DNA of 64,000 bases, taken from positions 1-64,000 of the forward strand of contig JBFWVI010000003.1 of assembly GCA_050246815.1 (NCBI GenBank), read 5' to 3'. The notes under the pieces were generated by a model, which was not told the DNA's origin, searched no databases, and saw nothing but the letters and a program-made list of their open reading frames with translations. The position numbers were made by a program, and so were the translations under genes. Below, piece by piece: positions 31,253 to 41,806 of the stretch; position 1 is the first letter of the stretch, and every line of letters begins with the position of its first letter. The stretch is from Bdellovibrionales bacterium (lineage in GTDB: Bacteria > Bdellovibrionota > Bdellovibrionia > Bdellovibrionales > UBA1609).

Positions 31253-31268
31253 TGTTCCATGTGGAACA
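31253..31268. promoter_or_regulatory. parS centromere site 1
   Basis: TGTTCCATGTGGAACA, one deviation from the palindrome TGTTCCACGTGGAACA, about 64 bp upstream of parA. Confidence 0.9.
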
Positions 31269-31284
31269 TATGGAGTCCAGAAAA

Positions 31285-31815
31285 ATGCATTGTTTCAGAA
31301 TGATCCTGGTGGTCTGCCTACTCATACTGACTGGTTGCAAACGCGAGGACCCAAACCCGGAGCTTTCAGATCCAATTTATAAGTTCTTAGTCGAGCAGGG
31401 AAATGCCTTGCGGCCAGCATTAGATGGAGAAATCAAAAAATTAGAAGAGGCGAATAAAGAGTTGAGCAAAATGGACGTAAATACCGCAGAACGCCGCCAA
31501 CAGCTTAAAGAAATCCAAAAAACAAAGGGGCGAATAGCACGCCTTGAACAGGAGGTGGCCTACAATGAAATCCGCCGAGAGCGACGTAGAGTAGAAGGTC
31601 GCAGAGCTTACAAAATTGCTTACTCAAAAGGTGAAGCCTGGCCCGATCCAGCCGAATTTGAACACTTTATGACCCAGCATCGACTTAGAATTGCCTCTAG
31701 AAACTGGGGAGAAAGAGTCCCTCGTCTGAATGACAGAATTGTTGCGGCTTGGCCTAAGCCTGACGGGAAGAAATCGAAAGAAAAGCCGAAGGAGCCGACT
31801 GCCGGAAGTGAGTAG
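31285..31815 (+). CDS. Hypothetical coiled-coil lipoprotein
   Basis: Lipobox LTG|C after a hydrophobic stretch; GGAG before ATG 31285; long charged helical body. The ORF-track start 31219 runs through parS and is unlikely. Confidence 0.75.
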   Translation: MHCFRMILVVCLLILTGCKREDPNPELSDPIYKFLVEQGNALRPALDGEIKKLEEANKELSKMDVNTAERRQQLKEIQKTKGRIARLEQEVAYNEIRRERRRVEGRRAYKIAYSKGEAWPDPAEFEHFMTQHRLRIASRNWGERVPRLNDRIVAAWPKPDGKKSKEKPKEPTAGSE

Positions 31816-31822
31816 TCGTGGA

Positions 31823-31838
31823 TGTTCCACGTGGAACA
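31823..31838. promoter_or_regulatory. parS centromere site 2
   Basis: Perfect palindrome TGTTCCACGTGGAACA (extends to 18 bp, ATGTTCCACGTGGAACAT). Confidence 0.95.
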
Positions 31839-31845
31839 TTGCTTC

Positions 31846-32505
31846 TTAGGTTCCAACCCGCTTTGTGCAAATCACGGCCATGCGAGTACTGATAACAGGA
31901 AGATCATACTCCTTAACCAGGCGGGGAGACCAAACCGTACAAATCTGCGAAGGAATCTCGGCGACCTCGCGTACCCAACCAGAACCCTTAAGGTGATAAT
32001 ACTCGCCGCCAACCTTAACAGCACCACGAACAGGCAGAATTGCCTTTGTGATACGACTCACACTGCGAATCACCCCGCAGTTAACTTCACCCGCCGGTAA
32101 ATCCTCTGGACGCCCTCTTACAACCTGTACATTCTTTGCGCCTATTCGTTCGGCCATATACTTCAAAAAATCCATTTTCTTTTCGTCAGGTTCAATAACT
32201 ATAATTTTTCGTGCGGGATCAAGCGCTGCCATTATTAGACTTGGCAGCCCGTTTCCAGATGCCATGTCGTGGATTACGGGTGCCTTGGTTGCTTCTAGAA
32301 TAATTTGCGACCCAATAACGCAGTCATAAATATGCGAAATATCCCCATCCAGCTCGCTCTTCTTGGGTATCAGATTCAGTTTCTGGTTGAAGCGGATAAG
32401 ATCCCAATAGAATGCCTCCAAAGAGGTTAAGAACTCAGCGGGTAGCCCCGCGATGTACTCCGGCACTCGCCAATAACCCTGTGGTTTTGCATTATCAGTA
32501 CTCAC
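31846..32505 (-). CDS. rsmG: 16S rRNA m7G527 methyltransferase (divergent)
   Basis: [23 protein letters not shown] motif, LKG; conserved position between mnmG and parA. Confidence 0.85.
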   Translation of the reverse strand: MSTDNAKPQGYWRVPEYIAGLPAEFLTSLEAFYWDLIRFNQKLNLIPKKSELDGDISHIYDCVIGSQIILEATKAPVIHDMASGNGLPSLIMAALDPARKIIVIEPDEKKMDFLKYMAERIGAKNVQVVRGRPEDLPAGEVNCGVIRSVSRITKAILPVRGAVKVGGEYYHLKGSGWVREVAEIPSQICTVWSPRLVKEYDLPVISTRMAVICTKRVGT

Positions 32506-34394
32506 GTCCGCGGATGCCTTTCTAACGCGTTGCTTCCAATTGCCCTTAAGTAAATCATTATGGCCTGTACCGCGGATGGATTGACTCCGCTAATGCGCTG
32601 CGCCTGACCCAGTGTGCGCGGCTTCACGATTCTTAGCTTCTCAATCTCTTCCGTCGAAAGGCCACGAATTCTCTCATAAAGAAGATCGGCAGGAAGCTCC
32701 AAACTTTCAAGTCTCTGAGACTGTTCAATAAGATCTAATTGTCTTTTAATATAACCATTATATTTTACTTCTATCTCAACCGATTCCATAACCTCGAAAT
32801 CATCCAATCCTAACTTGATTCCAAACCGTTCTAAATCAGAACAGCGCACTTCGGGTCGTCGCAGCAAGTCTTCTGCTGTACACGGCTTTAAGAGAACAGA
32901 TAGATCCATCTCACGCAGTAAACTTTGTGTTTCCTCGTTCGGTACCAGTTTCTTATCTCTCAATTGCTGCAGTAAATCTTGCTTTCCACTTAACAACTTT
33001 AAATATCTTTCTGCTAATGCCTCTTGAACCAAACCGAGATCAATACCAACCTGGCCCAAGCGCTCTAAAGTATTGTCTTCTCTTAAAACCAAGCGATGTT
33101 CAGCCCGAGAAGTCATCATGCGATAGGGTTCATTCGCGCCCTTGGTTATCAAGTCGTCCACCATAACAGCTGTGTAGGCTTGATCGCGTCGCAAAATCAG
33201 CGGCTCGCGTTCGAGTAGCTTTAAACCAGCATTTGCACCTGCGATCAAACCTTGTGCGGCGGCTTCCTCGTATCCGCTGGTCCCATTGATCTGACCGCCT
33301 AAGTAAAGTCCCCCTATATATTTAGTCTCAAGCGTCGTCGTTAGCTGCGTCGGCTGCACAAAATCATACTCAACGGCATATCCGGGACGAAGCAACTTCA
33401 CATTCTCCAGACCGGATATCGTTCTTAAAAATTCGTACTGAACTTCCTCGGGCAGCGAGGTCGAAATCCCCTGCAAATAGATCGAGTCCGTGTTTAATCC
33501 TTCGGGTTCTAAAAAGGTTTGGTGCTCTGTTTTATCCGCAAAACGAACAATCTTATCTTCGATACTGGGACAATACCTAGGCCCTACGCCCTCAATAGCC
33601 CCACAATACATGGGCGATTTATCTAAATTGTTCCTTATGATTTCATGCGTCTTCTCATTGGTATAACCTAAAAAACACGCAACTTGCGGGTGCTTGAGCG
33701 CTTTGGAGCTACGAATGGAAAAAGGTATAAATTTATCGTCTCCCCACTGTGGCGTAAGAAGGTCCCAATTGATCGAATCACGCCTGAGACGCGGGGGCGT
33801 ACCCGTTTTTAGGCGGCCCACTTGGAATCCTTTATCACGTAGCTGGTCAGAAATTCCAACCGAGGCTCGATCCCCCACCCGTCCCCCTGACGTCTGGGTC
33901 ATCCCTATATGCATCACGGCCCGCAAAAAGGTTCCGGTCGTAATCACGACGGCCCGAGAGTAAAGCCGACTGCCATCTTCGGCAACGACGCCACGGCACA
34001 CGGAACCTTCTAAAATCAAAGAGGTAATCTCACCACCCTTGACCTGCAGATTCGGCTGCCTTTGAAGGCGTTGGCCCATGTAAAGACAATAAAGATCCTT
34101 GTCACACTGCGAGCGCGAGCCACGAACCGCGGGTCCCTTTCGCCCGTTGAGCCGCTTAAACTGAATGCAAGTCGCGTCTGCAGCGACTCCCATTTCTCCG
34201 CCTAAAATATCCACCTCGCGCACCATGTGGCCCTTACCTAATCCACCAATCGAGGGGTTGCAGCTCATATAGCCGATGCGATCGAGGTTGTTGGTGATCA
34301 TCACGGTATTAAGGCCAAGACGCGAAGCCGCCAAGGCGGCCTCAATTCCCGCGTGACCGGCCCCCACCACAATGACATCAAAAGACTGGCTCAA
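32502..34394 (-). CDS. mnmG: tRNA uridine-34 modification enzyme MnmG (GidA)
   Basis: [48 protein letters not shown]. Likely start TTG 34394 (track start 34415 overlaps mnmE). Confidence 0.97.
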   Translation of the reverse strand: MSQSFDVIVVGAGHAGIEAALAASRLGLNTVMITNNLDRIGYMSCNPSIGGLGKGHMVREVDILGGEMGVAADATCIQFKRLNGRKGPAVRGSRSQCDKDLYCLYMGQRLQRQPNLQVKGGEITSLILEGSVCRGVVAEDGSRLYSRAVVITTGTFLRAVMHIGMTQTSGGRVGDRASVGISDQLRDKGFQVGRLKTGTPPRLRRDSINWDLLTPQWGDDKFIPFSIRSSKALKHPQVACFLGYTNEKTHEIIRNNLDKSPMYCGAIEGVGPRYCPSIEDKIVRFADKTEHQTFLEPEGLNTDSIYLQGISTSLPEEVQYEFLRTISGLENVKLLRPGYAVEYDFVQPTQLTTTLETKYIGGLYLGGQINGTSGYEEAAAQGLIAGANAGLKLLEREPLILRRDQAYTAVMVDDLITKGANEPYRMMTSRAEHRLVLREDNTLERLGQVGIDLGLVQEALAERYLKLLSGKQDLLQQLRDKKLVPNEETQSLLREMDLSVLLKPCTAEDLLRRPEVRCSDLERFGIKLGLDDFEVMESVEIEVKYNGYIKRQLDLIEQSQRLESLELPADLLYERIRGLSTEEIEKLRIVKPRTLGQAQRISGVNPSAVQAIMIYLRAIGSNALERHPRT

Positions 34395-34399
34395 GTTTC

Positions 34400-35830
34400 C
34401 TACTTCCCTAGGCAAAATTCGCTAAAGACTCGGTCCATCACTTGGTCGTCAAAACGACGGCCTAAAATCTCATGCATTGCCAAAACGGCTTCGTGCAACT
34501 CAAATGCCGCAAACTCTGGACTCGCGTCCTCTTGCAATAATCGATCGGCCTTCATAACCGCGCTCTGTGCACGGCGTAAAAGTTCGGCGTGACGGGCTCG
34601 GATGGCCATCGGAGCATCTTCGACCATTTGAACCTGCACAGCTTGCGAAAAAAGTTGTTTCAGTCGCTCAAGTCCTTTTGCGTTTTTAGCGCTGGCCGCA
34701 AAAAATCGGTCTTCACTTAAATCCGCCAGCCATCGAGACAAGTTTTCTGGACCGATTTCTGCCGCCTGTCTGAGCGCATGAATTTCTTGCTGCAAATCTT
34801 GCGTCATCAAGTCTGCTTTATTACGTACCAAAATCGTGCGCACGCGCTGTTTATCATCAAGTTTCGCCATTTCCTGCAAAGCCAGTTCATTGGACGTGCC
34901 ATCAATCAAAAACAAAATCATATCTGCTTCCGCCGCTGTGGCTCGCGAACGCTCGATCCCGATGCTTTCAACTTGGTCTTCAGAAACGCGTAGTCCCGCG
35001 GTGTCCGTCAATCGCACACAGACACCGTGAAACTGCAGATGACCCTCCACCAGGTCGCGGGTGGTTCCGGGTGTATCGGTTACGATGGCGCGTTCTTCTT
35101 CAAGCAAAGCATTGAGCAGGCTGCTTTTTCCCACATTCGGTAGCCCTAAAAGTGCAACATGAAACCCTTCGCTTAAAAGTCGACTTTGGTTCTCACTCTT
35201 TAACAGCTCCGAAATGGCTTGATGGACTCCATTTAGACGCGCACTTAAGTTGGAGTTCTGTGCCACCACGATATCTTCTTGGGCGTAATCAATATTCGCC
35301 TCAAGGTTGGCCGCCACCCAGGTGACGCCATCCAAGATTTCCTCGACCCGCTTTGAGGAGGCTCCCTTAAGTTGGCGCAAGGCCGCGCGCGCGGCGGGCT
35401 GACTGCGGCTTTCGATCAAAGACAATACCGCCTCGGCTTGTATCAAATCCAGCCGTCCATTCATGAATGCTCGGTAAGTGAACTCACCCCGCTTCGCCAA
35501 ACGGGCCCCCGCCGCAAGTAATCGCTCTACAACCTGATGAGCTAGCCAATTTCCGCCATGGCAAGAGATCTCCAACACCTCTTCGCCTGTAAACGAGCGG
35601 CCCATTGCAAAATACGAGACCAGAACCTCGTCAATCGGCGTTTGATCTGTTGGATTTTTGAGGGTGCCAAAATAAATACGATGCGACTCAGGCACAGCCG
35701 GCAAAAAGGAGGCTATTGAACTGACTACTGCTAACGCCCGGGCTCCGCTGATTCTAACGACGGCGATTCCACCAGTCCCGGGAGCAGTTGAGACAGCTGT
35801 AATCGTATCTCGGTCCTGCTCCAGGAGCAT
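34400..35830 (-). CDS. mnmE: tRNA modification GTPase MnmE (TrmE)
   Basis: [23 protein letters not shown]-terminal FCLGK. Confidence 0.97.
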   Translation of the reverse strand: MLLEQDRDTITAVSTAPGTGGIAVVRISGARALAVVSSIASFLPAVPESHRIYFGTLKNPTDQTPIDEVLVSYFAMGRSFTGEEVLEISCHGGNWLAHQVVERLLAAGARLAKRGEFTYRAFMNGRLDLIQAEAVLSLIESRSQPAARAALRQLKGASSKRVEEILDGVTWVAANLEANIDYAQEDIVVAQNSNLSARLNGVHQAISELLKSENQSRLLSEGFHVALLGLPNVGKSSLLNALLEEERAIVTDTPGTTRDLVEGHLQFHGVCVRLTDTAGLRVSEDQVESIGIERSRATAAEADMILFLIDGTSNELALQEMAKLDDKQRVRTILVRNKADLMTQDLQQEIHALRQAAEIGPENLSRWLADLSEDRFFAASAKNAKGLERLKQLFSQAVQVQMVEDAPMAIRARHAELLRRAQSAVMKADRLLQEDASPEFAAFELHEAVLAMHEILGRRFDDQVMDRVFSEFCLGK

Positions 35831-35851
35831 ATAAATCTCTTTTTTTAAACC

Positions 35852-36403
35852 CTAGACGTTAAAGTTCGGCTCTGCTTGCGCATCGTCCGCACCCTTAACC
35901 GGGTAGATTTTAATTTTTTTGAAATGACCGTCGCCGATCGAGCGGCTTTTCACACGGCCATCTTCAGCCAAGTACTGGTGAACAACTTTGCGATCTTTCG
36001 GCGCCAAAGCGCGAAAATAAACCGACTTGCCCTTGGTTAAGGCGATGTCTTTTAACTTGTCAGCAAGTTCGATTAGTGCGTCGTTGGCCTGCTGTCGGAA
36101 GCCAGCGCAATCCACATTTACATTGATACGCGATTCGGGCTCTTGATGCTGAACCACGCGTTTCAAGTACAGCTGAAATGCGTCAAGTAATTGACCTTCG
36201 CGTGCGGTCAGCATTTCTTCGTCGGCACCTTCGAATTCCACCAAAAGGTCACCTTCGCTGTTTTCTTCGCGAATTGTAAAGGTCAGTTCCAGGCCGCTGA
36301 GGCTGATGATCTCTTCCAGGATCTGCTGCAAGGCTGCGTGCGAGCCTTCGAGCTTGGCCTCATCTTTTTTACCGCGACCGAAAAGTTTGTTTAAAAACGT
36401 CAT
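35852..36403 (-). CDS. jag: Jag/KhpB (EloR)-like RNA-binding protein, KH + R3H, no Jag N-domain
   Basis: GQLLDAFQ KH-like region and DRKVVH R3H motif; located between yidC and mnmE. Confidence 0.8.
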   Translation of the reverse strand: MTFLNKLFGRGKKDEAKLEGSHAALQQILEEIISLSGLELTFTIREENSEGDLLVEFEGADEEMLTAREGQLLDAFQLYLKRVVQHQEPESRINVNVDCAGFRQQANDALIELADKLKDIALTKGKSVYFRALAPKDRKVVHQYLAEDGRVKSRSIGDGHFKKIKIYPVKGADDAQAEPNFNV

Positions 36404-36413
36404 AACCTGACTC

Positions 36414-38042
36414 CTATTTTTTGGCTGTGACTGGCGTTAAGGGTGAGCTTTTCATCAAGTACAATTGTTGAACAATACCAAAGACCGTGCTGATAAAGAT
36501 ATAAAGCGTCAATCCGCTGGGCAAGGCCAGCATAAAGACGGTCATGATCAGTGGCATGAACATCAAGATTTTTGCTTGCATGGGATCCGCCGACGAAGGT
36601 GTAAGTCTCATTTGGATGAACATGGTGGCGCCCATCAAAATCGGCAACACGAAATAAGGATCCTTAAAACTCAGATCATGAATCCACAACATAAACGGTG
36701 CTTGATAAAGCTCCACGCTGTGGCCAAGCACTTGATATAGCGCAAAAAATACCGGGATTTGCATCAAAACGGGTAAGCAACCACCAACGGGATTCACCTT
36801 GTACGTCTTGAACAGCTGCAACATCTCTTGGTTTAAGCGGGCCTGATCATCTTTGTAACGGGTCTTTAGATCTGCGATCATCGGCTGAATGACCTGCATC
36901 GCTTTCATCGAACGAAACGACATCACATTGAAGGGCAAAACCAAAAAACGAACCAAGATGGTCAGTAAAATAATCGCAATGCCCCAATTGCCGGTCACCT
37001 CATGAAACCATTTCAGCGCACTCAAGATCGGTCGGCCCAAAAGAGCGAAAAAGCCAAAATCGACCACACCGATCAAACTTTCATCCACTGTTCTTAGCAG
37101 CTGAAGATTTTTAGGACCCATAAAGGCGGTGTACTTAAGCTGCATGTTGTCGCCACGATTCAACAATGAATGGCTGATGCTGGTCACCACTGTTTTTTTG
37201 CTGGCGCTAACTTCAGTTTTAAGTTCTGGACGCACGTCAGAACGGTCCACCAAAGCTTGAGTGAAATACTGTGTGCCTAAAGCGGCCACTTGCATTTTAT
37301 CAACGCGCACACTGAGGTCTTGATCTGGCGCTAAATGCAATCGTTCAGAACTTTCTGATCCTAAAGCATACGCTTCTTGACGCTCAAAGGTCGGCGCCAA
37401 AAAGCTACCACCCTCAAAATGCATCAGGGGATCCACCATATATGTAGTCAGTCCCAAAAAAGAATCGCTTTGCCCCTGCACTTGAACTTCGGTGTCGATA
37501 CGATATTTGTTTTCGTCCATCACCAAGGTTTTCACGACCTCAACACCGGCGGCACGGGCCCGGCCGACATAATGTGTCTCAGAAACCTTTTCGATCGTGA
37601 AATTTAAAGGCGCACGCCGCCCAATAAGCTCAGTGGCGAAGGGCAGCCGTCCTTCGACCTCAGTACCAATTTTAATCGGCACGCCCTGGCGGTCATGGTA
37701 GTTCTTAAGCTCAAAATCTTTAAGCCCCATCCCCCAAGACGAGATTTTAAAAGACCATGTCGTGCCCGTGATAGCCACTGTCTGCTCGGGTGTGGCGTTG
37801 TCCGCCGCAATTTCATCGTTCTTCGCCTGCGATGCGGTCGGTACAGCTTCACTGACGGTGCCGGTGATCGCCTCTGTCGCGCCTTGAGTTTGAGCCGCGC
37901 CGACTTGTTGGGCTTGAGTGGGTTTATGTTGGTTCGGATATTTTTTTTGCAGATGAAACTGCCATCCCAACCACACAATGGTGGTGATGATGATCGCCAG
38001 CAATGTCTTTTGATCGAAAAAACTTTGTTTAGGCTGCTTCAT
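36414..38042 (-). CDS. yidC: Membrane protein insertase YidC
   Basis: GNWGIAIILLTILVR, NPVGGCLP, WIHDLS..DPYFVLP, PSGLTLY. Confidence 0.97.
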   Translation of the reverse strand: MKQPKQSFFDQKTLLAIIITTIVWLGWQFHLQKKYPNQHKPTQAQQVGAAQTQGATEAITGTVSEAVPTASQAKNDEIAADNATPEQTVAITGTTWSFKISSWGMGLKDFELKNYHDRQGVPIKIGTEVEGRLPFATELIGRRAPLNFTIEKVSETHYVGRARAAGVEVVKTLVMDENKYRIDTEVQVQGQSDSFLGLTTYMVDPLMHFEGGSFLAPTFERQEAYALGSESSERLHLAPDQDLSVRVDKMQVAALGTQYFTQALVDRSDVRPELKTEVSASKKTVVTSISHSLLNRGDNMQLKYTAFMGPKNLQLLRTVDESLIGVVDFGFFALLGRPILSALKWFHEVTGNWGIAIILLTILVRFLVLPFNVMSFRSMKAMQVIQPMIADLKTRYKDDQARLNQEMLQLFKTYKVNPVGGCLPVLMQIPVFFALYQVLGHSVELYQAPFMLWIHDLSFKDPYFVLPILMGATMFIQMRLTPSSADPMQAKILMFMPLIMTVFMLALPSGLTLYIFISTVFGIVQQLYLMKSSPLTPVTAKK

Positions 38043-38365
38043 GGCTGTGCATTCTCCTTAAGCGCAGAGGGGACAGGATCCCAGCCGAAAGGGCCCAAGG
38101 GATGGCAACGGCAAATCCGTTTGATCGCCAAAGAGGTCGCTTTCAAGGGCGGGTGCGTCTGATAGGCTTCCACCGCATACTGTGAACAGGTCGGTGAAAA
38201 ACGGCAGGTGCCGCCCAAAAAGCCTCTCAAAAACGATTGATAAAAATAAATTAGCGAAAGCGCCAAGGTGCGGATGATTGCCGCGAATATCTTATGCGAC
38301 TTTTGCCAAGCTCTTAGACAGAACTGCATCGATTTCCTTATGACTGAGTTGTCGGTAAAATTCAT
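38039..38365 (-). CDS. yidD: Membrane protein insertion efficiency factor (true start probably further downstream)
   Basis: CRFSPTCSQYAVEA, RICRCHP, GWDPVP. Confidence 0.9.
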   Translation of the reverse strand: MNFTDNSVIRKSMQFCLRAWQKSHKIFAAIIRTLALSLIYFYQSFLRGFLGGTCRFSPTCSQYAVEAYQTHPPLKATSLAIKRICRCHPLGPFGWDPVPSALKENAQP

Positions 38366-38663
38366 TCTGTTGGCGACGAAACACGAGGCTTATATCCACG
38401 GTTTCGTCGTCGCCGATTTGCGCCGCCCAACGACGCAAATGCTCACGGCACCAACGCTTCAGCCGATTGCGTGTGACGGCGGTGCCTACATATCGCGGAA
38501 GTGTGCATCCAAGGCGGATTTTTTTTTGCTGATTCGGCTTTGAATACACCACCAACCATGGGGCCACGATCACACGTCGACCTTTTTGGCGAAGTTGCAG
38601 AAATGATTGAGGTGATTTGAGACTAACCAGCGCCGCCACGGGGGTGGGCTGCTTATTTTCCAC
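38292..38663 (-). CDS. rnpA: Ribonuclease P protein component
   Basis: [21 protein letters not shown] (RNR motif); follows rpmH. Confidence 0.9.
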   Translation of the reverse strand: MENKQPTPVAALVSLKSPQSFLQLRQKGRRVIVAPWLVVYSKPNQQKKIRLGCTLPRYVGTAVTRNRLKRWCREHLRRWAAQIGDDETVDISLVFRRQQNEFYRQLSHKEIDAVLSKSLAKVA

Positions 38664-38802
38664 TCACACTCACCGTCAGGCGCTTACGGCCTTTTGAACG
38701 GCGACGTGCCAAAACTTCTCGGCCATCTTTTGTGGCCATGCGAGTGCGAAAACCGTGTGTGCTTTTGCGACGTTTACGGCTGACTTGCAGTGTGCGTTTC
38801 AT
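38653..38802 (-). CDS. rpmH: 50S ribosomal protein L34
   Basis: Below the ORF-track cutoff. Manual translation: [49 protein letters not shown]. Confidence 0.95.
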   Translation of the reverse strand: MKRTLQVSRKRRKSTHGFRTRMATKDGREVLARRRSKGRKRLTVSVSGK

Positions 38803-38954
38803 GCGGTAACTCCCGGTTACGACTGTAGAATACTACGTCAATATATGAAAACCTTTGAGCCGCCGAATAAACCACAATCGGGGCTTCTGGGTCAAGGCGT
38901 CGTGTCGGGCGATTCATTGAAAAATTTTTAGGTTCGTGATAACTCAAGCGCCAC

Positions 38955-38963
38955 TTATCCACA
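38955..38963 (+). promoter_or_regulatory. Perfect DnaA box in the dnaA promoter region (probable autoregulation)
   Basis: TTATCCACA, 57 bp before the dnaA ATG. Confidence 0.8.
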
Positions 38964-39019
38964 TTTTAAGCTAAGTATTGCAAACAGAATAGGCAGCTTA
39001 CTTTTTGAGGGGGCATCGC

Positions 39020-40426
39020 ATGAATCATGAGGACTTCTGGGCGCAGGTTAAACACAACCTCAAGTCCAAGAACCTCAACAATAAACCTCTGCAAATGTGG
39101 TTCGAACCGACTTGCTTGGTGGATGTTGAAACCCGTCAAAGTGGTGCTTGCTTTCGTTTAGGCGTGCCAACGGAACTACATAAGTATTGGATTTCACAGA
39201 ATCTTTTAGATCGTATCTGCTCAGAGATTTCGGCTCTCTATGCTCAAGCGTTTCAGGTGGAAGTGGTGGTCACGGGCGCCAATGAACCTGCGGCTAATGA
39301 GGTCGGTCAGTTAGAACTCGAGGCCTCTGTAACCTCCCAAACACAGGCTTCTGAATCCCGTGCCTGGCCGCAAACGACGGGGAATACCTATCAACGTGAT
39401 GGAATTAACAGCGATTACACCTTTTCCACCTTTGTGGTTGGGCGAAATAACGAATTTGCCCATGCGGCCTGCTTTAATGTGGCTGAAAACCCTGGGGGCA
39501 AGGTGAATAACCCCCTATTCATTTGTGGGCCGACCGGCATGGGTAAAACCCACTTGCTGACCGCTGTGGGCAACCATATTCGCCAAAAATTCCCCGAAAC
39601 CCGTATCAACTATGTCAGTGCGGAACGTTTTTTAAATGAATGTATTTCCAGTATCCGCCGTGGCGAAATGGATAAATTTCGTAACCGCTACCGGGATAAC
39701 TGCGACATTCTGCTGATGGATGACATTCAAATCTTAGGGCGTGGAGAAGCCGTTCAAGAGGAGTTCTTTCATACGCTGAACAACTTCTTCGAAAAAAGTA
39801 AACAGGTGGTCGTGGCCTCTGACCGGATGCCAAAAGACATTAAGGGTCTAGAAGATCGTATTCGCACCCGTCTTGAATGGGGTCTTATCGCGGATATTCA
39901 AATGCCAGACATCGAAACCCGTGTGGCCATTTTGAAATACAAGGCCGAACGACGAAGTATTCCCTTGGTGAACGAAGTTGTGGGCTATATCGCCCGCATT
40001 TCCAAACGATCAATTCGTGAACTCGAGGGCAATCTGAACAAGCTGAAAATGTACTCAGAGCTGCAAGGTGTTCCACTTTCTTTGGATCTCGCGAAGCGGG
40101 TATTGGCCCATCATGACGACGTGGCCACCATCACGATCGAAGAGATTCAGCGGTTAGCATCAGAACACTACCAAGTTCGCCTGCCTGACCTAAAGTCGAA
40201 AACACGCACCAAGCCTCTTGTCACGGCTCGTCAAGTGGCCATGTACTTAGTTAAAAAACACCTCGATAAGCCACTGGTTGAGATCGGTCGTGCCTTTGGA
40301 GGCAAAGACCACACCACGGTCATCAACGCTTTGCGTAGGATTGAGAATCAACTGCATAAAGACCCTGAAATTAAGAAAGATGTCGAAGAGTTAGAGGGGC
40401 GTATCCACAACATCACAGGGGTGTGA
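39020..40426 (+). CDS. dnaA: Chromosomal replication initiator DnaA
   Basis: YTFSTFVVG, GPTGMGKTHL, DDIQ, RELEG, FGGKDHTTV; RBS GAGGGG before ATG 39020. Confidence 0.99.
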   Translation: MNHEDFWAQVKHNLKSKNLNNKPLQMWFEPTCLVDVETRQSGACFRLGVPTELHKYWISQNLLDRICSEISALYAQAFQVEVVVTGANEPAANEVGQLELEASVTSQTQASESRAWPQTTGNTYQRDGINSDYTFSTFVVGRNNEFAHAACFNVAENPGGKVNNPLFICGPTGMGKTHLLTAVGNHIRQKFPETRINYVSAERFLNECISSIRRGEMDKFRNRYRDNCDILLMDDIQILGRGEAVQEEFFHTLNNFFEKSKQVVVASDRMPKDIKGLEDRIRTRLEWGLIADIQMPDIETRVAILKYKAERRSIPLVNEVVGYIARISKRSIRELEGNLNKLKMYSELQGVPLSLDLAKRVLAHHDDVATITIEEIQRLASEHYQVRLPDLKSKTRTKPLVTARQVAMYLVKKHLDKPLVEIGRAFGGKDHTTVINALRRIENQLHKDPEIKKDVEELEGRIHNITGV

Positions 40427-40625
40427 ATAGAGCATGTGGAAAACCCTGTGGGCAAATGTGGGGAAGAAAATGTGGATGCGCCTGTGTGTGCATAATTCAC
40501 TAGAATTAACGGATCTTTTCCGCTACTTAATCCACTGGGAAAATGCAGTTAAAACAAAAGGTTAAATAGATAAGGCCGATATACCGTCGCCTACTACGAC
40601 TACTAGTTTTATATTAAATAAAGAG
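40401..40625. other. Replication origin oriC (dnaA-dnaN intergenic)
   Basis: DnaA-box-like 9-mers at 40401 (GTATCCACA), 40422 (TGTGAATAG), 40435 (TGTGGAAAA), 40447, 40457, 40471 and 40487 (TGTGCATAA); DnaA-trios CTACTACGACTACTA at 40591-40605, then an AT-rich tract; predominant gene orientation diverges around this locus. Confidence 0.9.
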
Positions 40626-40663
40626 ATAGAGAATATAGGGAACTTATTGGATGAGGGGATCAA

Positions 40664-41794
40664 ATGAAAATCAAAATCGATAAGCAAGATTTTGTAGACC
40701 TGATTGGGCGCGCACAAAACATCGTTGAAAAAAGAAACACCATGCCTGTCTTGGTGAATGTTTTGTTGGATGCGCAAGGAGATTTTTTGCAAGTCTTCGC
40801 CACAGATCTTGAAGTGAGCCTGACCGATCAAATGCCCGCCGAAATTATTCAACCGGGTAAAGTGGTGGTCAACGCGCGCAGCCTTTTTGATATCATCAAA
40901 GAACTGCCCGAAGGCCAAGTTCAGTTAGAAAAGAAAGAAAACAACTGGTTAAGAATCACTCAGAATAAAGCCTTGTTTAATATCGTCGGCATCAGCCCGG
41001 ATGAGTATCCGGTGTTCCCCACATTCTCGACGAAAGATTTTGTTGTTGTTGAAACAGAGATGCTTCGCGAGATGATTGAAAAAACGATCTACAGTGTTTC
41101 GACGGACGAGACCCGATACCATCTGAACGGGGTCTTTTTTGAAAAACAGATGGACAAAGATGGCGTCAGTTATCGCATGGTGGCTACCGATGGCCATCGC
41201 TTGAGTCTGATCGACCGCAAAACCAAAGGGGATATGTCCGCATCTATCGGGAAAAGCCCGACTCAAGGTGTGATTATTCCGCGCAAAGGTTTGCATGAAC
41301 TTCGAAAGCTTCTGGATAACGCTGGGGAAACCGTGGATATGGCGATCGAAGGGTCGCAGTTGATCGTTCGTTCAAGCAGTGCCGTGCTGATGGTTCGTCT
41401 GATTGAGGGGAAATATCCCAATTATCAACAGCTTATTCCACAAAACCTAAGAGAAAATTTGTTGGTCAATCGCGCCATGCTTTTGAGTTCGCTCAAACGG
41501 GTGTCGCTTTTGTCGAATGCGAAGTCTCGCGGTGTGACTTTGAATTTGTCCAAAGGGAAAATGGAAATCACCTCGAACAATCCAGAGCTGGGCGACGCCA
41601 AAGAAGAAATCGAGGTGGATTACACCGGTCGAGATATGAAAATAGGTTTTAATGCGCGCTATATTTTGGAAGTGCTCACCAGCATGAACGAGGATTTGGT
41701 ACAAATTGAATTTAACGATCAATTGTCGCCGGGTCTCGTACGTCCGCACAAAGACAAGTCGTACACTTGCGTCGTTATGCCGATGCGGATTTAA
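40664..41794 (+). CDS. dnaN: DNA polymerase III beta clamp
   Basis: ATDLEV, ETRYHLNG, VATDGHRL, C-terminal VVMPMRI. Confidence 0.98.
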   Translation: MKIKIDKQDFVDLIGRAQNIVEKRNTMPVLVNVLLDAQGDFLQVFATDLEVSLTDQMPAEIIQPGKVVVNARSLFDIIKELPEGQVQLEKKENNWLRITQNKALFNIVGISPDEYPVFPTFSTKDFVVVETEMLREMIEKTIYSVSTDETRYHLNGVFFEKQMDKDGVSYRMVATDGHRLSLIDRKTKGDMSASIGKSPTQGVIIPRKGLHELRKLLDNAGETVDMAIEGSQLIVRSSSAVLMVRLIEGKYPNYQQLIPQNLRENLLVNRAMLLSSLKRVSLLSNAKSRGVTLNLSKGKMEITSNNPELGDAKEEIEVDYTGRDMKIGFNARYILEVLTSMNEDLVQIEFNDQLSPGLVRPHKDKSYTCVVMPMRI

Positions 41795-41806
41795 GTTTTA
41801 GTTAAA

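Noticed and set aside
31620..32100. ORFs beginning MFHVEH on both strands (31624-31839, 31822-32100)
   Set aside because: Artefacts of translating the parS palindrome; they overlap real genes.
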